Source: Isurus oxyrinchus (lineage: Eukaryota). Taken from it: 64,000 nucleotides of DNA. The translations under genes were made by a program, and so were the position numbers. The stretch covers positions 168,206,001 to 168,270,000 of the forward strand of contig JANJGN010000007.1 of NCBI GenBank assembly GCA_026770705.1, given 5' to 3'. The notes under the pieces are model-generated. The model was not told the origin of the DNA, ran no database searches, and saw only the letters and a program-made list of their open reading frames with translations. Below, piece by piece: positions 11,905 through 23,210 of this stretch (the first letter of the stretch is position 1; the number at the start of each line of letters is the position of its first letter).

Positions 11905-13670
11905 CATAGAGTAACAGTGGCACAGAAAGAGGCCATTCGGCCCATCGGGTCCATGCTGGCTCTCTGTAGAGGAATTCAGTCAGTCCCATTGCTCCATTCC
12001 ATCCCTGTAGCACTGCAAGTTAATTTCCTTCATGTACCCATCCGATTTCCTTTTGAAAACATTGATTGTCTCCACTTCCACCACCCCCCATAGGCACCAA
12101 GTTCTAAGTCATTACTACTTGCTGTGTAAAAATGCTCTTCCTTATATCACCCTTCATCTCTTGCCCAAAACCTTAAATCTGTGTCCCCTGGTCCTTGTAC
12201 CATCAGATAATGGGAATAGCTTTTCTTTATCTACCTTAACTAAATCTGTCATAGCCTTGTAGACCTCTATTAAATCTTCCCTCAAATTCCTTTGCTTCAA
12301 GGAGAATAATGACAACTTCTCCAACCTAACCTTATAGCTAAAATCCCTCATCCTTGGAATGATTCTCGTAAATCTCATCTGTGCCCTCTCATGGATCCTC
12401 TCATCCTTCCTAAAGTTTGGTGATGCAGTATTCTAGTTGAGGCCTAACCAGAGCTTTATAAAGATTCAGCAAAACTTCCTTGCTTTTGTGTTTAATATCT
12501 CTTATTGATGAAGCCCAAGATCCCATACGCTTTTCTAATTACTCTTTCAATAAATCCTGCAACCTTCAAAGATCTATGCGCATGAACCCCCAGGTTCCTC
12601 TATCCCTGCACATTCTTTAGAACTGTGCCATTAAGTTTATATTTCCTTTTCCCACCCCTTCTTCCAAAATGCATCACCTCACACCTATTTTCATTATAAA
12701 TTTCATCTGCCACTTGTCTGCCTATTCTGCTAGCCTATCTATGTCCTGTTTCATTTGGGTGGTCTCAACTTCACTGTTTGCCACACCTCCAAGTTTGGTA
12801 CTATCAGCAAATTTTGAAATTTTACTCTGAATTCCAATATCCAAGTGATTTAAATGTATCAAAAGACGCAGTGGTCCTAGACCTGACCCTTAAGGAACAC
12901 CACTGTCTACCATACTCCTGTCTGAAAAACAACCATTTACCTAGTTCTTAAGCCAGTCTTTTATCTAAGCTGACACTGACCCTCCTTTTCCATGAGCCTC
13001 AATTTTGTTATTCAGCCTCTTATATGGTACTTTGTCAAATGATTTCTTAAATTCCATTCAACAACATGCACTGCATTTCTTTCATCAACCTTCATTAAAA
13101 AAAATCAATTTGTTTAGTCAAACACAATCTACCTATTACAAATCTGTGCTCCCTATCCCTTAATTAACTAAAACCCTTCCTTTGCCTATTAATTCTTTCT
13201 TTAATTATTGTTTCTAAAACCTTCCCCATCATCGATGTTAAAATGATCAGCCTGTATTTACCAGGAATGTCTCTACTTCCTTTCTTGAACATGGGTGTCA
13301 CATTTTTCACTTCCCAGTCCTCTGGGCACCTCCCCCGTATCTAGGAAAGTTTGGAAATTTATGGCAAGCTCTTCTACTTCTACCCCTATTTCGATTACTA
13401 ATCTGGGATGCTAGCCATCTGGACAGGCGACTTATCTACTCTAAGCATAGTTTGCCTTTCCAGTAGATCGTGCCTATCAATTTTCACCCCATCCATTGAC
13501 TCTATCATCTGCATTTCTACTGATATTTTGTCAGCATTCTTTTCCTTAGTAAACACCAATACAAAGTACTCATTAGGTATTCTAGCCTTGTACTGTGCCT
13601 CTGGACAGATACCATTTCTTTGCCCCTAATAGGTCCCACTCCTCTTCTTACTACCCACTTACTATTTAAT
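11905..13670 (-). mobile_element. CR1 LINE, 5'-truncated and decayed
   Basis: ORF 12154-12378 RFTRIIPRMRDFSYKVRLEKLSLFSL..RTRGHRFKV. FADSTKL (FADD-derived) near 12795-12815. 3' tail at 11905. Confidence 0.9.
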
Positions 13671-14147
13671 TGATGGTAGAGGATTTTTGGGTTCCTTCTG
13701 CTGACGGGAATGATATGGTAACAATAGAGAGTAAGCCTGTGGATTTTTTTTCCTCAGAACCTGGACATTTAATACCAGTCGACCTGGGGACCAAACGCAC
13801 ACCTTTTCATTGTCCTCGTTGCACCCCCTCCCCCACTGCTACCACCCCCAGAAAAGCCATTATCTTTTCCAACTAAGAACTAAATTCAAAATCTACATTA
13901 TGTGTCCAGGGTAGCCTCTAATTTTAATGCTTGTGTATAAGCATGTTATATCATACATTGATTGGAAATTAGATTGCCAATTGACACCACTGTTTCAGAT
14001 AATCAGCTGATTTGTGTCAGCCCATGAGTTGGAGGCGGGGCAAGACTTGCAGCAGGACTCACAGGAGCAATCTATTTTACAACACGCAAATTCTATTAAT
14101 CGGCAAACAGTTTGCTTAAACAACGTACAGTGGCAGACAGTCTACAG

Positions 14148-14457
14148 CAATGCTTTCCAAACATTTTCTCACTGTGACCCCATCTTAATGCTTGAAAATT
14201 AGTGTGACCTCAGAGTGAGAGCAGTGGAGGAGAGAGTTTTTGAGTGGGGTACAGGGGGTTGTTGAGTGGGGAGGGGGTGGGGAGGCACCAATGATTTTGT
14301 CCGTAAGCATTTTGAAGTGTCTGGGCCTCGGAGTTAATAACTGTGCATGTGCATGTAATGGCACCGATCCCAGGACTGTCCTGCCAGAGTCCCCACTTGA
14401 CAGTTCCCATTGTTGCCTTGGGGCTTAGTGTTGCAAACCATGGTTTGGGGTCCCCTG
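14148..14457. mobile_element. hAT/Charlie-type non-autonomous DNA transposon
   Basis: Termini caatgctttccaaac / gtttggggtcccctg. 8-bp flanks gtctacag (14140-14147) and gtctccag (14458-14465) match 7/8 and fit the NTCTAGAN target typical of Charlie elements. Confidence 0.75.
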
Positions 14458-14835
14458 GTCTCCAGGTTGTTGGATATGGATTGGCCTGAATTCTCCTCAG
14501 TAAGATGAAAGCTCTTAATAAAAAGTTTTTTTTTTAGCTTTGTAGTTACAGAGCATCATCTGGGCGGGGAAAAGCCTCAAGAAAGACCTGCGTTATTGTA
14601 ACAATGTTGAGTTAGCACAGCCTGGTGGAGGTATGCCCTCAACTGAGTGCCCTCTCCATTTGTTAATACTGCAACATTCACAGGATTACCTGAAAGCAGG
14701 ATTGTATTCAGTGTTCATTACAGTGCTTGTCAGTAAATTTGACCAATATTGCTATTGATACCAGTGATATGCAAAGAAAATTAGACTACTTTTTAAAGAT
14801 GTTTCCTATACGTTGGTGTTTTATACAGCAGCTTG

Positions 14836-14975
14836 GTCAGCATCTGAAAGAGGATTATGTTCAAGATAAATAAATGAACTGTCCTATGTGAAACTCTAAT
14901 CCATTTTCCTCTTTCGGATGCTGACTTAGCACTTTCCAGCAATCGTTAGCATTCCAGATTACCAGCTTTTGTGTT
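14836..14975. mobile_element. Decayed inverted pLTR remnant
   Basis: 19-bp inverted arms at 14836-14854 and 14907-14925 (18/19 match), followed by pLTR-like ttccagc..ttccagattaccagc. Confidence 0.5.
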
Positions 14976-15943
14976 TTTTTATATATCCTTTCATATCCGG
15001 AACTGATTTGTATAAATACCATGAAACATTTTCTTTAATCAATTTAATTGACAAGTTATGTATAGGGTTGCCAATTGTGATTAAATCTATTCCTGGAGGT
15101 TTCATCACATGACTTTCCCCCATGCTGTAGCCATTTGTCAGCCAACACCTCCATCCTTGTGATGCACTGCCTTCCTACGCCAATTGGAAAGCAAAAAGAC
15201 TCCAGATTGGATGATAATTGACTATAAGCCACATAGTATTTTTTTCCCATTTTCAATACCTTTATATCTTGAGTATTGTTGAAATATTTAGGTAAGTTAA
15301 GAACAGGCAAGCTATCTATCAAACTTCTCTAAATGTGCATTAAACCCAAGATTGTGCCAGTTTTCATTTCCAAACGCATCGATCATGCTAAAGTGAGTCA
15401 CAGTCCCATGATTGAGCGTGTGTTTATGTGAGATGAGATTGAACAGATTGGTAATAGGGTTACTAATTTACGCCATCTCCTACACTGCGCTTGGTCTGAG
15501 GTGCGCAAATTTCTTTCATTGATTTGATCTGTTTATGCCACCATATTTGTTCAATAGATGATCGCACCATAAACAGTACCCGTTTGAAACATGTCCGCAC
15601 CATAAACTCACCTAAGCAGATGCGGTTTGACAACTCAATTAATGATGCCACTAAATAGGCAACAAATCTCTCTGACTATGTACCCTCAGAAAGTGAGGAG
15701 ATTGTCCTTGCGCATGGTTTCAATTTTTGTGTGCCTTCATCTCAAATCAAACAGGAAGAGGTATTTGCTAACTCCTCTACTTCCAACAATCCCTCCACAA
15801 ACCAGCATCCACTGAGGATGCTGAATCTTTGAAAGTGCGTCTAGCTGCTTTTGTGCACGTATATTGCGGATTCCAAATGATCTGTCTGATTTTCACATGC
15901 AACGCGGATGCCTTAAGACCAACCAGGACATACACATAAGTAA

Positions 15944-16052
15944 GTTCTCAAGTTCTGTCGAAGGGTTATTAGGACTCGAAACATCAAGTCTTTTCTTCTC
16001 TGCCGATGCTGCCAGACCTGCTGAGTTTTTCCAGGTAATTCTGTTTTTGTTT
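15944..16052 (+). mobile_element. 109-bp solo pLTR of PLE family 1 with 15-bp TSD
   Basis: Close reverse-complement match to 23211-23315. catacacataagtaa is duplicated at 15929-15943 and 16053-16067. Confidence 0.92.
15951..15989 (+). ncRNA. Degenerate minimal hammerhead ribozyme motif
   Basis: agtt-CTGTCGA-a-gggtt/attag/gactc-GAAAC-ATC-aagt. The core deviates from CUGANGA at one position. Confidence 0.55.
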
Positions 16053-16948
16053 CATACACATAAGTAAACCTGACAAAGGGATGGGAATAATCATCCTTAA
16101 CAAGTGTGACTATATCAACAAAACGCACTCGTTCTTAATAATGGATCCAAATTTTATTCATTGGACCCGCCCCTCAACATGACTGAACAACATTGCTCGA
16201 AAGTAAGCTAAAAAAAAACTCTTGCTGGACTTGTCTAAGAGTAATGAGCTACTGCGTGATATAAATGATAGGGTTCATCTCCACGGCTCACTGCATGCGC
16301 ATATGTTTGAGCAACAGGTGAAGCTAGCTGTTTCAAGTTGCTACAATGCAATAGCGACATGAGTAGTATTTGCCACTAACAGGATGCAGCCATCAAGCCA
16401 AAAAAAATGTTCTGCCTATTGCACAAATGAGTAATGTGGTATATGAATTTCAATGCCAGTGTGAAGTTAGATATATAGGCTGTACATCCCAAAATCTGGT
16501 GGATCATTATCAAATAACATGTCCCTTCCATTGTTTGCAATGGGCAAGGTACAGACTGTACCCAACCAGCCCACGTTTGCAACACTCAAAACATTGATTC
16601 CAGCATTAGATGTGATTCCATGATAGGACATTTGCTAAATCATCCTCACTGTGCTAAAAATTATGCTGACAACCAATTTAAGATTGTCAGTCGGCCTCAC
16701 AGTGTGGCCCATTTGCATGTACTGGAAGCCACATATAGGGCCCTGTTCTTTGCAGACAGAAAGGATATGTACACACATTGCATCTGTTACAGCAAAACAA
16801 AATAAGTGATAGCCATTTGCTGGTTCATTCGTCAGGGCAATGCTTTGATCAATCAGAGTCAAGCTGCCTGGTTTAAAAGTTCAAACAATGCTTGGCTGTT
16901 AACTGTCAGGCACCACTAACTGGTGCATTCTGCATGAAAATGTCTCTA

Positions 16949-17002
16949 CCAATCAGGATCCACTTGCTAACCAATCAGCATTCTTTTCTCATACAGTATA
17001 AA
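16949..17002 (+). promoter_or_regulatory. Putative Pol II promoter in PLE family 2 pLTR
   Basis: CCAATCAG at 16949 and 16971, TATAAA at 16997-17002, about 35 nt upstream of the HHR motif. Confidence 0.55.
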
Positions 17003-17036
17003 GTTGTTCTTTCCCCAGACATTGGTATTCTTGCGA

Positions 17037-17072
17037 TTGTCCTGATGTGTGCAAGATGAAAAGCTTCGACAA
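17037..17072 (+). ncRNA. Minimal type I hammerhead ribozyme motif (one core substitution)
   Basis: Stem I ttgtc/gacaa (5 bp), core CTGATG(T), short stem II gt-gcaag-at, GAAA, palindromic aagctt stem III, NUH triplet TTC at 17065-17067. Same sense as the PLE ORF. Confidence 0.7.
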
Positions 17073-17532
17073 AATGTCTTTTTTCAGCAATACTCGAGTT
17101 CTGTGCTACCAAACAACTATCTTTATATATGGTAAAGTGAAACCATCTTTTTAAATGGCCCTATGAATTTTCTCCAAGATTGCACACATTGCCTTGGAGA
17201 TTGATCTTCAATTCAGGCCAATCCTGATGGATTAGAAACCCTAGTTATGTTGTTTGATTTGTGGATTTTACTTCCTGAACAGTTGTTTCCTGACCTATGG
17301 GGTGATGCACTAATTATGGGACAGGTTATTCTCCAACAACAGTGGCATTGGAAGGAGAGGAAGGAAGAATTCAAAGGACACATCGCGAAAGGTCGGTGAC
17401 CAGAGTAGACCTAATGACAGGAGTTGCCTACACCTCTGTTCTTTGTTAGGACTTGGACCTCAATATTGTCAAACTTCTTACCTCCCTTATTTTTCCCTTC
17501 CTTCATAAAACCTCATGCTTTTAAAAGCTGTA

Positions 17533-18240
17533 ACAACAACTTTAATTTATGTACATTATTAACATAGGGAAGTGGCCTAAAATGCTACAAAGCAAGATAA
17601 TCAGACAAAAATGAACACCACATCACAGAAGGAGCTATCAGGAGAGATGACTTAAAGCTTGTTTACCAAGGTAACCAAGGTTTTACGGAGGGTCTTAAAG
17701 GAGCTGTTGGTTTGAAGATGGAATTCCAGGTGGATGACTGAAGACACAACTGCTAATAATAGGGTGAAGTGAGAGTGACATCAGCAAGAGACCAGACTTG
17801 GGAGAGCTGACAGTGCTTGGCAGGTTGTAAGTCTGGAAGAGGTTACAGAGAAAGGGAGGCTGAAGCCAGGAAGTAATTTTAACAGGAGGAAATGCACAAA
17901 TTCTTGATTTTTTGCATCCCTGTGGCCAGATGAATTCAGTGGTTTTCCTGTTTGTGGGCCTAGGCTCTTTCACCCGGGGAAAAGCAGAGAGGGTTAGAAT
18001 AGAGAAGTGAAAACAGGGTCAAAGGGAAAGCAGCCTCTGAAAGTAGATGGGCAAGAGCAGAGAATGAGACGAGGAGTTCCAGAAGATAGTGACAGTGACA
18101 TGCTAGAATTTAAAAAGCAAGGATAAAGATTTTTACATCAACTCACTGGTGCATGTAGAGACAATGGATCTGAGAGGATGAGGGTTCAGGACTTTGTGCA
18201 GCTGAGCATGTGGACCACTCTGGTTTAAAATGAATTGTGA
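17533..18240 (-). mobile_element. L2-like LINE 3' fragments
   Basis: Similar to 21061-21610 and 60565-60720 (aacaacaactt..atttat tail, ggttttacggagggtcttaaaggag, ggaagaggttacagaga). Confidence 0.65.
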
Positions 18241-18424
18241 CTTGTAGATACAAAAACAAAAATAGCTGGAAAAACTCAGCGACTTGTCTGTTCTTGTAGA
18301 TGTTTGAGGCAGGAAAATTGCCAAGGAAAACTCTCAGAGCAGCTGATTAAGGCACAAGCCAGTGTTTTGGTGCCTGTGTGGAAGAAGTTGGGGTGGAGGT
18401 GACTAATGTTTTGGAAATAATATC

Positions 18425-19760
18425 ATCAACTTGCTTTTATAAGTACTTTTAACATAGGAAAACATCCCAATAGTTAGAAGTGCAATCAGAAAAGGTGTGG
18501 GGCTGGGGGAAAAGATGGACGAAAGCAGCTTCAGGGTGACTGGAAGGTGGTGTCGTAGAAGATGAATTTAGCAGGAGGTGATGTTGATGGGCTGAGGTAT
18601 AGAAGCAGAAACTAAAATGGATGGCTTTAGTTTTGGTGACATTAAACTGAACAAAATGTGGCTTCTCTGCACTTTATGTCATGGCAAGCAGCTAAAAAGT
18701 GTGGCAACAACCTTTGAATTGAGGCAGAAGCTGGAGCTGGGTGTCAACAGTGTACATGTGGAAACTGATCCGTATTTTCAACTTATAACAGCAAGGACTA
18801 GCTTGAAAATGGTATAATTCCTCCAACAGCAACACTGGGGAAAGCAGGGGAAGCAAGATGTACATGCTTACACCTTCCGCAGCTTGTAAAGCAGAAGAGA
18901 TTGTGGAATGAAAGGGAAATGGGATGTGAGAAGAAGGATACCATATGAGCACACCATCATCTTTGATAGTTTCAGCCCTGATGCTGACCCTGGCATCTGT
19001 CAGGGTCGCTCCAATGTTGGTCACCACTGTCTCTTCCATCGGAGTGAGGAGATGCAATTGTGTGAGTCCCCTGCTAGTTTTTTTTGAAATTCATTCACAG
19101 GATGTGGGCTTCGCTGGCTGGGCTAGTTGCCCTTAGTGGTGACTTGCCTTCTTTAACCACTGCAGTCCATGTGGTGTACCCACAGTGCTGTTAGGAAGGG
19201 AGTTCCAGGATTTTGACTCAGTGACAGTGAAGAAATGGCAATATATTTCCAAGTCAGGATGGTGAATGACTCGGAGGGAAACTTCCAGGTGGTGGTGTTC
19301 CTGTCTATCTGCTGCCCTTGTCCTTCTACATGGTAGTGGTCGTGGTAGTTGCATAGTCCTGCCCCTAGTTATGCGTTATCTTGTCCTCCAAGAGAGAGGG
19401 AAGTGAATTAGTAAATGTGATGCTTTGTGTTTGGGTGATGTGGCTATCATGATTGAATAACTAGCGACATGCGCAAACTATGTGGGTATGAGAACTGCAG
19501 CAGTGCTCTGTGAGAATGACATGAAACTATGAATGTTAGGTATGAGCCATGATTGACAGAGATTGTTGATAGATGAATGGAGGGTGCGTGGTGCATAGAC
19601 CAAAGCGTGAGGCTTGTAGTGCAGAAGGTGCATTCATTGATCTTGACCATTCATGTGAAGTCATTGAACTACACTGCATCCAGGTCCTTAGGCAAGACTG
19701 CTTCCATTGACCACCCCCACAGCTATCTGCTCTCTGCTTTAGCACAGTTTGTCTGGAGGG
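18425..19760 (-). mobile_element. Patchwork of old L2-like fragments
   Basis: L2-type tail at about 18425-18490 and purine-rich decayed ORF2-like stretches (gagctgggtgtcaacagtgtacatgtggaa, i.e. an HMYTVDTQL RT-motif remnant on the minus strand). Confidence 0.5.
19080..19345 (-). mobile_element. 3' end of a CR1-group LINE (same family as 43990-44450)
   Basis: Encodes PRPLPCRRTRAA..FFTVTESKSWNSLPNSTV. The reverse complement matches 44170-44440. Confidence 0.8.
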
Positions 19761-21060
19761 CCTTCAGTTTTTCTTTGGATAGAGGACCTCTCTCTCTTGT
19801 CCACCTTCTCCACCAAGGAATTTAGTGTAGTTTCAGTGAATCTTGGACCACGCTTTTAGCCCTGTTGTACCATAATTTAATGTTCTTCTTGCTCATGCTC
19901 TTTTCTGCCACCAGCTCTAACATCTGCTGCAGCCAGAATGAGCCTTTAAGGGATTGCAAGCTGGCTTTATGTAGTGCAGACTTGCTTTAAGTGGTCACAC
20001 AAACTTGGGCCCCCTGCTGAGACCGCAGCCACTCAGCAACATATTCAGCACTAGCTGCACGCAGATATTGTGCAAATCAGCAAGCAGCGCAAAGTTGAAT
20101 GCTGCCTGCATCAGAAGAAATGAGCGCAGATTAATTACGCAATGCGATACCCATGTCCATTTTCAGTCCTGTCCAGTTTCGCAGCCTATTGATGTAATTA
20201 ACATTTCTCTTTCCCTTCCTTCTCTCCCTCTTGTTAGACTTAAGGAATAGAACAAAAACTTTCTCCAAAACCTCTTGTTTCCTGGCTGGGCTGCTTTCAC
20301 TAAGTTTCCATTCCTATTGGAACGAAGACGGGCTTGGCCAGCAAGTCTGTTATAAAGATTTCTGAGTGAGAGACACACCAGACAAGCTCTGCCTCATACT
20401 TCCATTTGCATACTTCGTTTTGGACACTAACTGTTCATTGCAGTGTTTTAAAGTAGTCTGCAGTGAAGCATATCAACATGTCAATACCACTCTAATCTTC
20501 AAATGAAAACAAGGCAAATCCAATTGTCAAAAAAATTATTGCTTCTTAATGCACACCTTCTAAAGTTTAATATGAGTGTCTCTTATCCAATCAGTATCAA
20601 TATCAAAAGTACCTCTTTGGAATCTGTTTCCTCATGCCTGCCTCGTTAATCTTCTTCATGTTAATGTCATTGGTGTCGGCCTTTGTCAGTTTTGAATAAA
20701 CAGAAATAAGCAGGAGGACAATTGATGTGAGCATTAACCTGCTGATGGTGTCTGCCGTAGTAAGATTTAATTTAAAAACTAACAAAGCAAGTATTTTGAA
20801 ATAAAGCCCGTGCTGCAGTATAAATGCTGTCCAATGGCCAATGACAACCGTCTTATGATTCTGGAGTTTTCTGGCTCCTGACAGGTCTATGGAATAAGAC
20901 TGTCCAAAGCTCGTCCCAAACATGGAACTGGTATTCTAAAAAGGGGCTTGCCCAAAAGTAATCATATCTAATCACAAAAGCCAAACTGTTTAATTGAAGT
21001 GATTCCTTAGAAGTAAAAAAAAAGTTATTAGAAGGGAGACGCACATACTTAATAAATCAG

Positions 21061-21610
21061 CAACAACAAGTTGAATTTATAAGGCACCTTTAATGTACAG
21101 TATTAAAATGTTCAAAGATAATTCACAGAGGCATTATAAAGCTATATATGATACTGAGATATTAGGGCAGATGACCAGAAACTTGCTCAAACAGTGGGTT
21201 TTAAAGCGTGTCTTATAGGATGAAAATGAGGTAGACAGGCAGAGATGTTTAGGGGAGAGAATTCCAGAGCTTAGGATCTAGGCAGCTGAAGGCACAAAGG
21301 CACAGTCACCAGTGGTGGTGCAATTAAAATCTGGGATGCTCAAGAGACTGAAATTAGAAGAGGGTTGTGGGGCTGAAGTGGATTCAGATATGTTGGCGGG
21401 GGGAGGTGCCAAGCCATAAAACTGAGTAGGATTTGGTGCGAGTTAGGACATGGGCAGCAAAGTTTGGGATGATCTCAAGTTACAGAGGTGAGAATGTGGA
21501 AGATCGGCCTGGAGAGCATTAGAATAGACAAGTTTGGAGGTAACCATGTGTTTTAACTGCAGAAGAACTGATGCAAAGGCAGAGTTGGGTAATGTTTTGG
21601 AGGTTGAGCT
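21061..21610 (-). mobile_element. L2-like LINE 3' end
   Basis: caacaacaagttgaatttataaggcacctttaatgta tail and the body gaattccagagcttagg..gcagctgaaggcac, repeated elsewhere in the window. Confidence 0.75.
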
Positions 21611-21699
21611 TGAACAGGACATGAGATAGGAAACGAGAAAGATACAAGTTCATGTTGAACTAAGCAGGGAGAAGATTTGGAACTGACACTATTCACAAA

Positions 21700-22240
21700 A
21701 CATAGCATGTCCAAAAGGCTGCAAAGCAGTGATCAGTAAAACTAATGCAATTCCGAGTCATATTGTAAATTAGTAGAATATAAGGATGAGACCATCATAG
21801 CGAAACTGTACATTGCTCTTCTCAAACCAGATCTTGAATGTTGTCCAGTTCTGATCATCAAGACATGACATGTGGGAAACCTGCCGAGAAGGAGAGTTTA
21901 AGCCTTAAGGTCAAAGGCTCGAGCTAAAACTAGAAGTTAGAGAAATTCTGACTATTCAGGCGGTGAAATGAGAAGAATATTTCTAGAGCTATTGCGGATA
22001 CTAAGCGGAATAACAAAGGCAAAGTCTTGACTGCACAACAGTACTTATAACCTAATAAAAAGGTTCAAATGCCCAGAGACACTTATAATAAATGACCAAT
22101 ACCTGTAATAACCTTTCTGGATAGGGAAATGGAGCCTAAAACTGTAGTTATGGGAGAGGCAGTTAGATGATGTGACGGGGGGAGTTGTATTTTTTTTGTT
22201 GAAAGGTGAGCTAGTTGGGGTAGGTGGTCTTGCTCATCTA
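21700..22240 (+). mobile_element. Ancient CR1-like 3' fragment
   Basis: Partial translation VEYKDETIIAKLYIALLKPDLEC resembles the CR1 motif LYxALVRPHLEYC. Confidence 0.55.
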
Positions 22241-23101
22241 GATTTATCAATATGGACTGTGGTTTTTCCCAATTCTTGTAAATAAATAAAATCCACCCTA
22301 CAATTGGTTGGCATTTTGTTATTGTTTGCAGAAGTATCTATGAATCTCTGTTTGCATGCATTGGCATGTTGGCTTGTAAACATGTGTTTTCTAATATACA
22401 CTGTAAAGTTTTATGCAGGCTATTTCTGGTCACAGAAATGTGTTGCCAAATAATTACTCATGACGGTCATAGACTTAGATTGTGTGGGCTGCATGAGAAA
22501 CTTGCTTAAGTGTGATGCATTGTGCATATGGTTTATATCTATTTCCCTGCCAACTGACTTGGTTTGTCTTAAAAGTAAATGACTGAAATCCACAAAGGAT
22601 GTAAATGATGAGAAAGAATTGCAAGCAAATTTGATTAACTGGACAGGTATTGGTCAGATTTCCAGCATCCACAGTATTTTTCTTTTGACTAAGTCTAATG
22701 GTTCAGGCAGAAGGTGATGAGAAAAAAACACCTCCATCTCAGCCATTTTGCTGCCAGAAATATGCTCTTTCAACAATACAAATTATTTGGTTTATAATGT
22801 AGCACTGCTTGTGCAATTGTTACAAAATTGAATTGTGACTTTATTTTCATTTCTGTACAGAACTTTGACAGAGTCGGGCGGAAGTTCCATACAGACAAGT
22901 AATTTGAATCATACAGTGTAGCTTGCAGACCTTTTGCACCACCAACACAAAACTTTTGGGACACAGAAACATTTACTTCCTGAGGTGGGTTTTGGTGTCT
23001 TTAAAGTCACTTGTGACACTTCATTTCCATCAAGAGATTACTTCCAATGATGTACTTCTCATTGTAGGCAATCTGATAATTTAAACGGGCTGTTAATTAT
23101 A

Positions 23102-23200
23102 ATAAAAGCAAAAAAGTACTGAAAATAGTCAGCAGGTCAGATAGCATCTGTGGAGCAAGAAACAGTGTTAAAATTTCAGGCCGAAGACCTTCCTTCAGTG
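23102..23200 (-). mobile_element. Older pLTR fragment with HHR remnant
   Basis: Similar to 57640-57747. The reverse complement reads ctgaagga-aggtcttcggcct-gaaa-ttttaac. Confidence 0.7.
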
Positions 23201-23210
23201 TTAATTGTAG

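Larger units (their letters stand above)
15460..17120 (+). mobile_element. Penelope-like element family 2 (internally deleted; RT N-terminus, GIY-YIG endonuclease, pLTR)
   Basis: NLSDYVPSESEEIVLAHGFNFCVP. NQDIHISKPDKGMGIIILNKCDYINK is restored once the 109-bp insert and one TSD copy are removed. GIY-YIG motif SNVVYEFQCQCEVRYIGCTSQNL and HLLNHPHC..FKIV..LHVLEA. The RT core is missing. Confidence 0.85.

Noticed and set aside
20603-20923. 106-aa hydrophobic ORF as a membrane protein
   Set aside because: No family motif or splice support, and AT-rich DNA readily gives hydrophobic ORFs.
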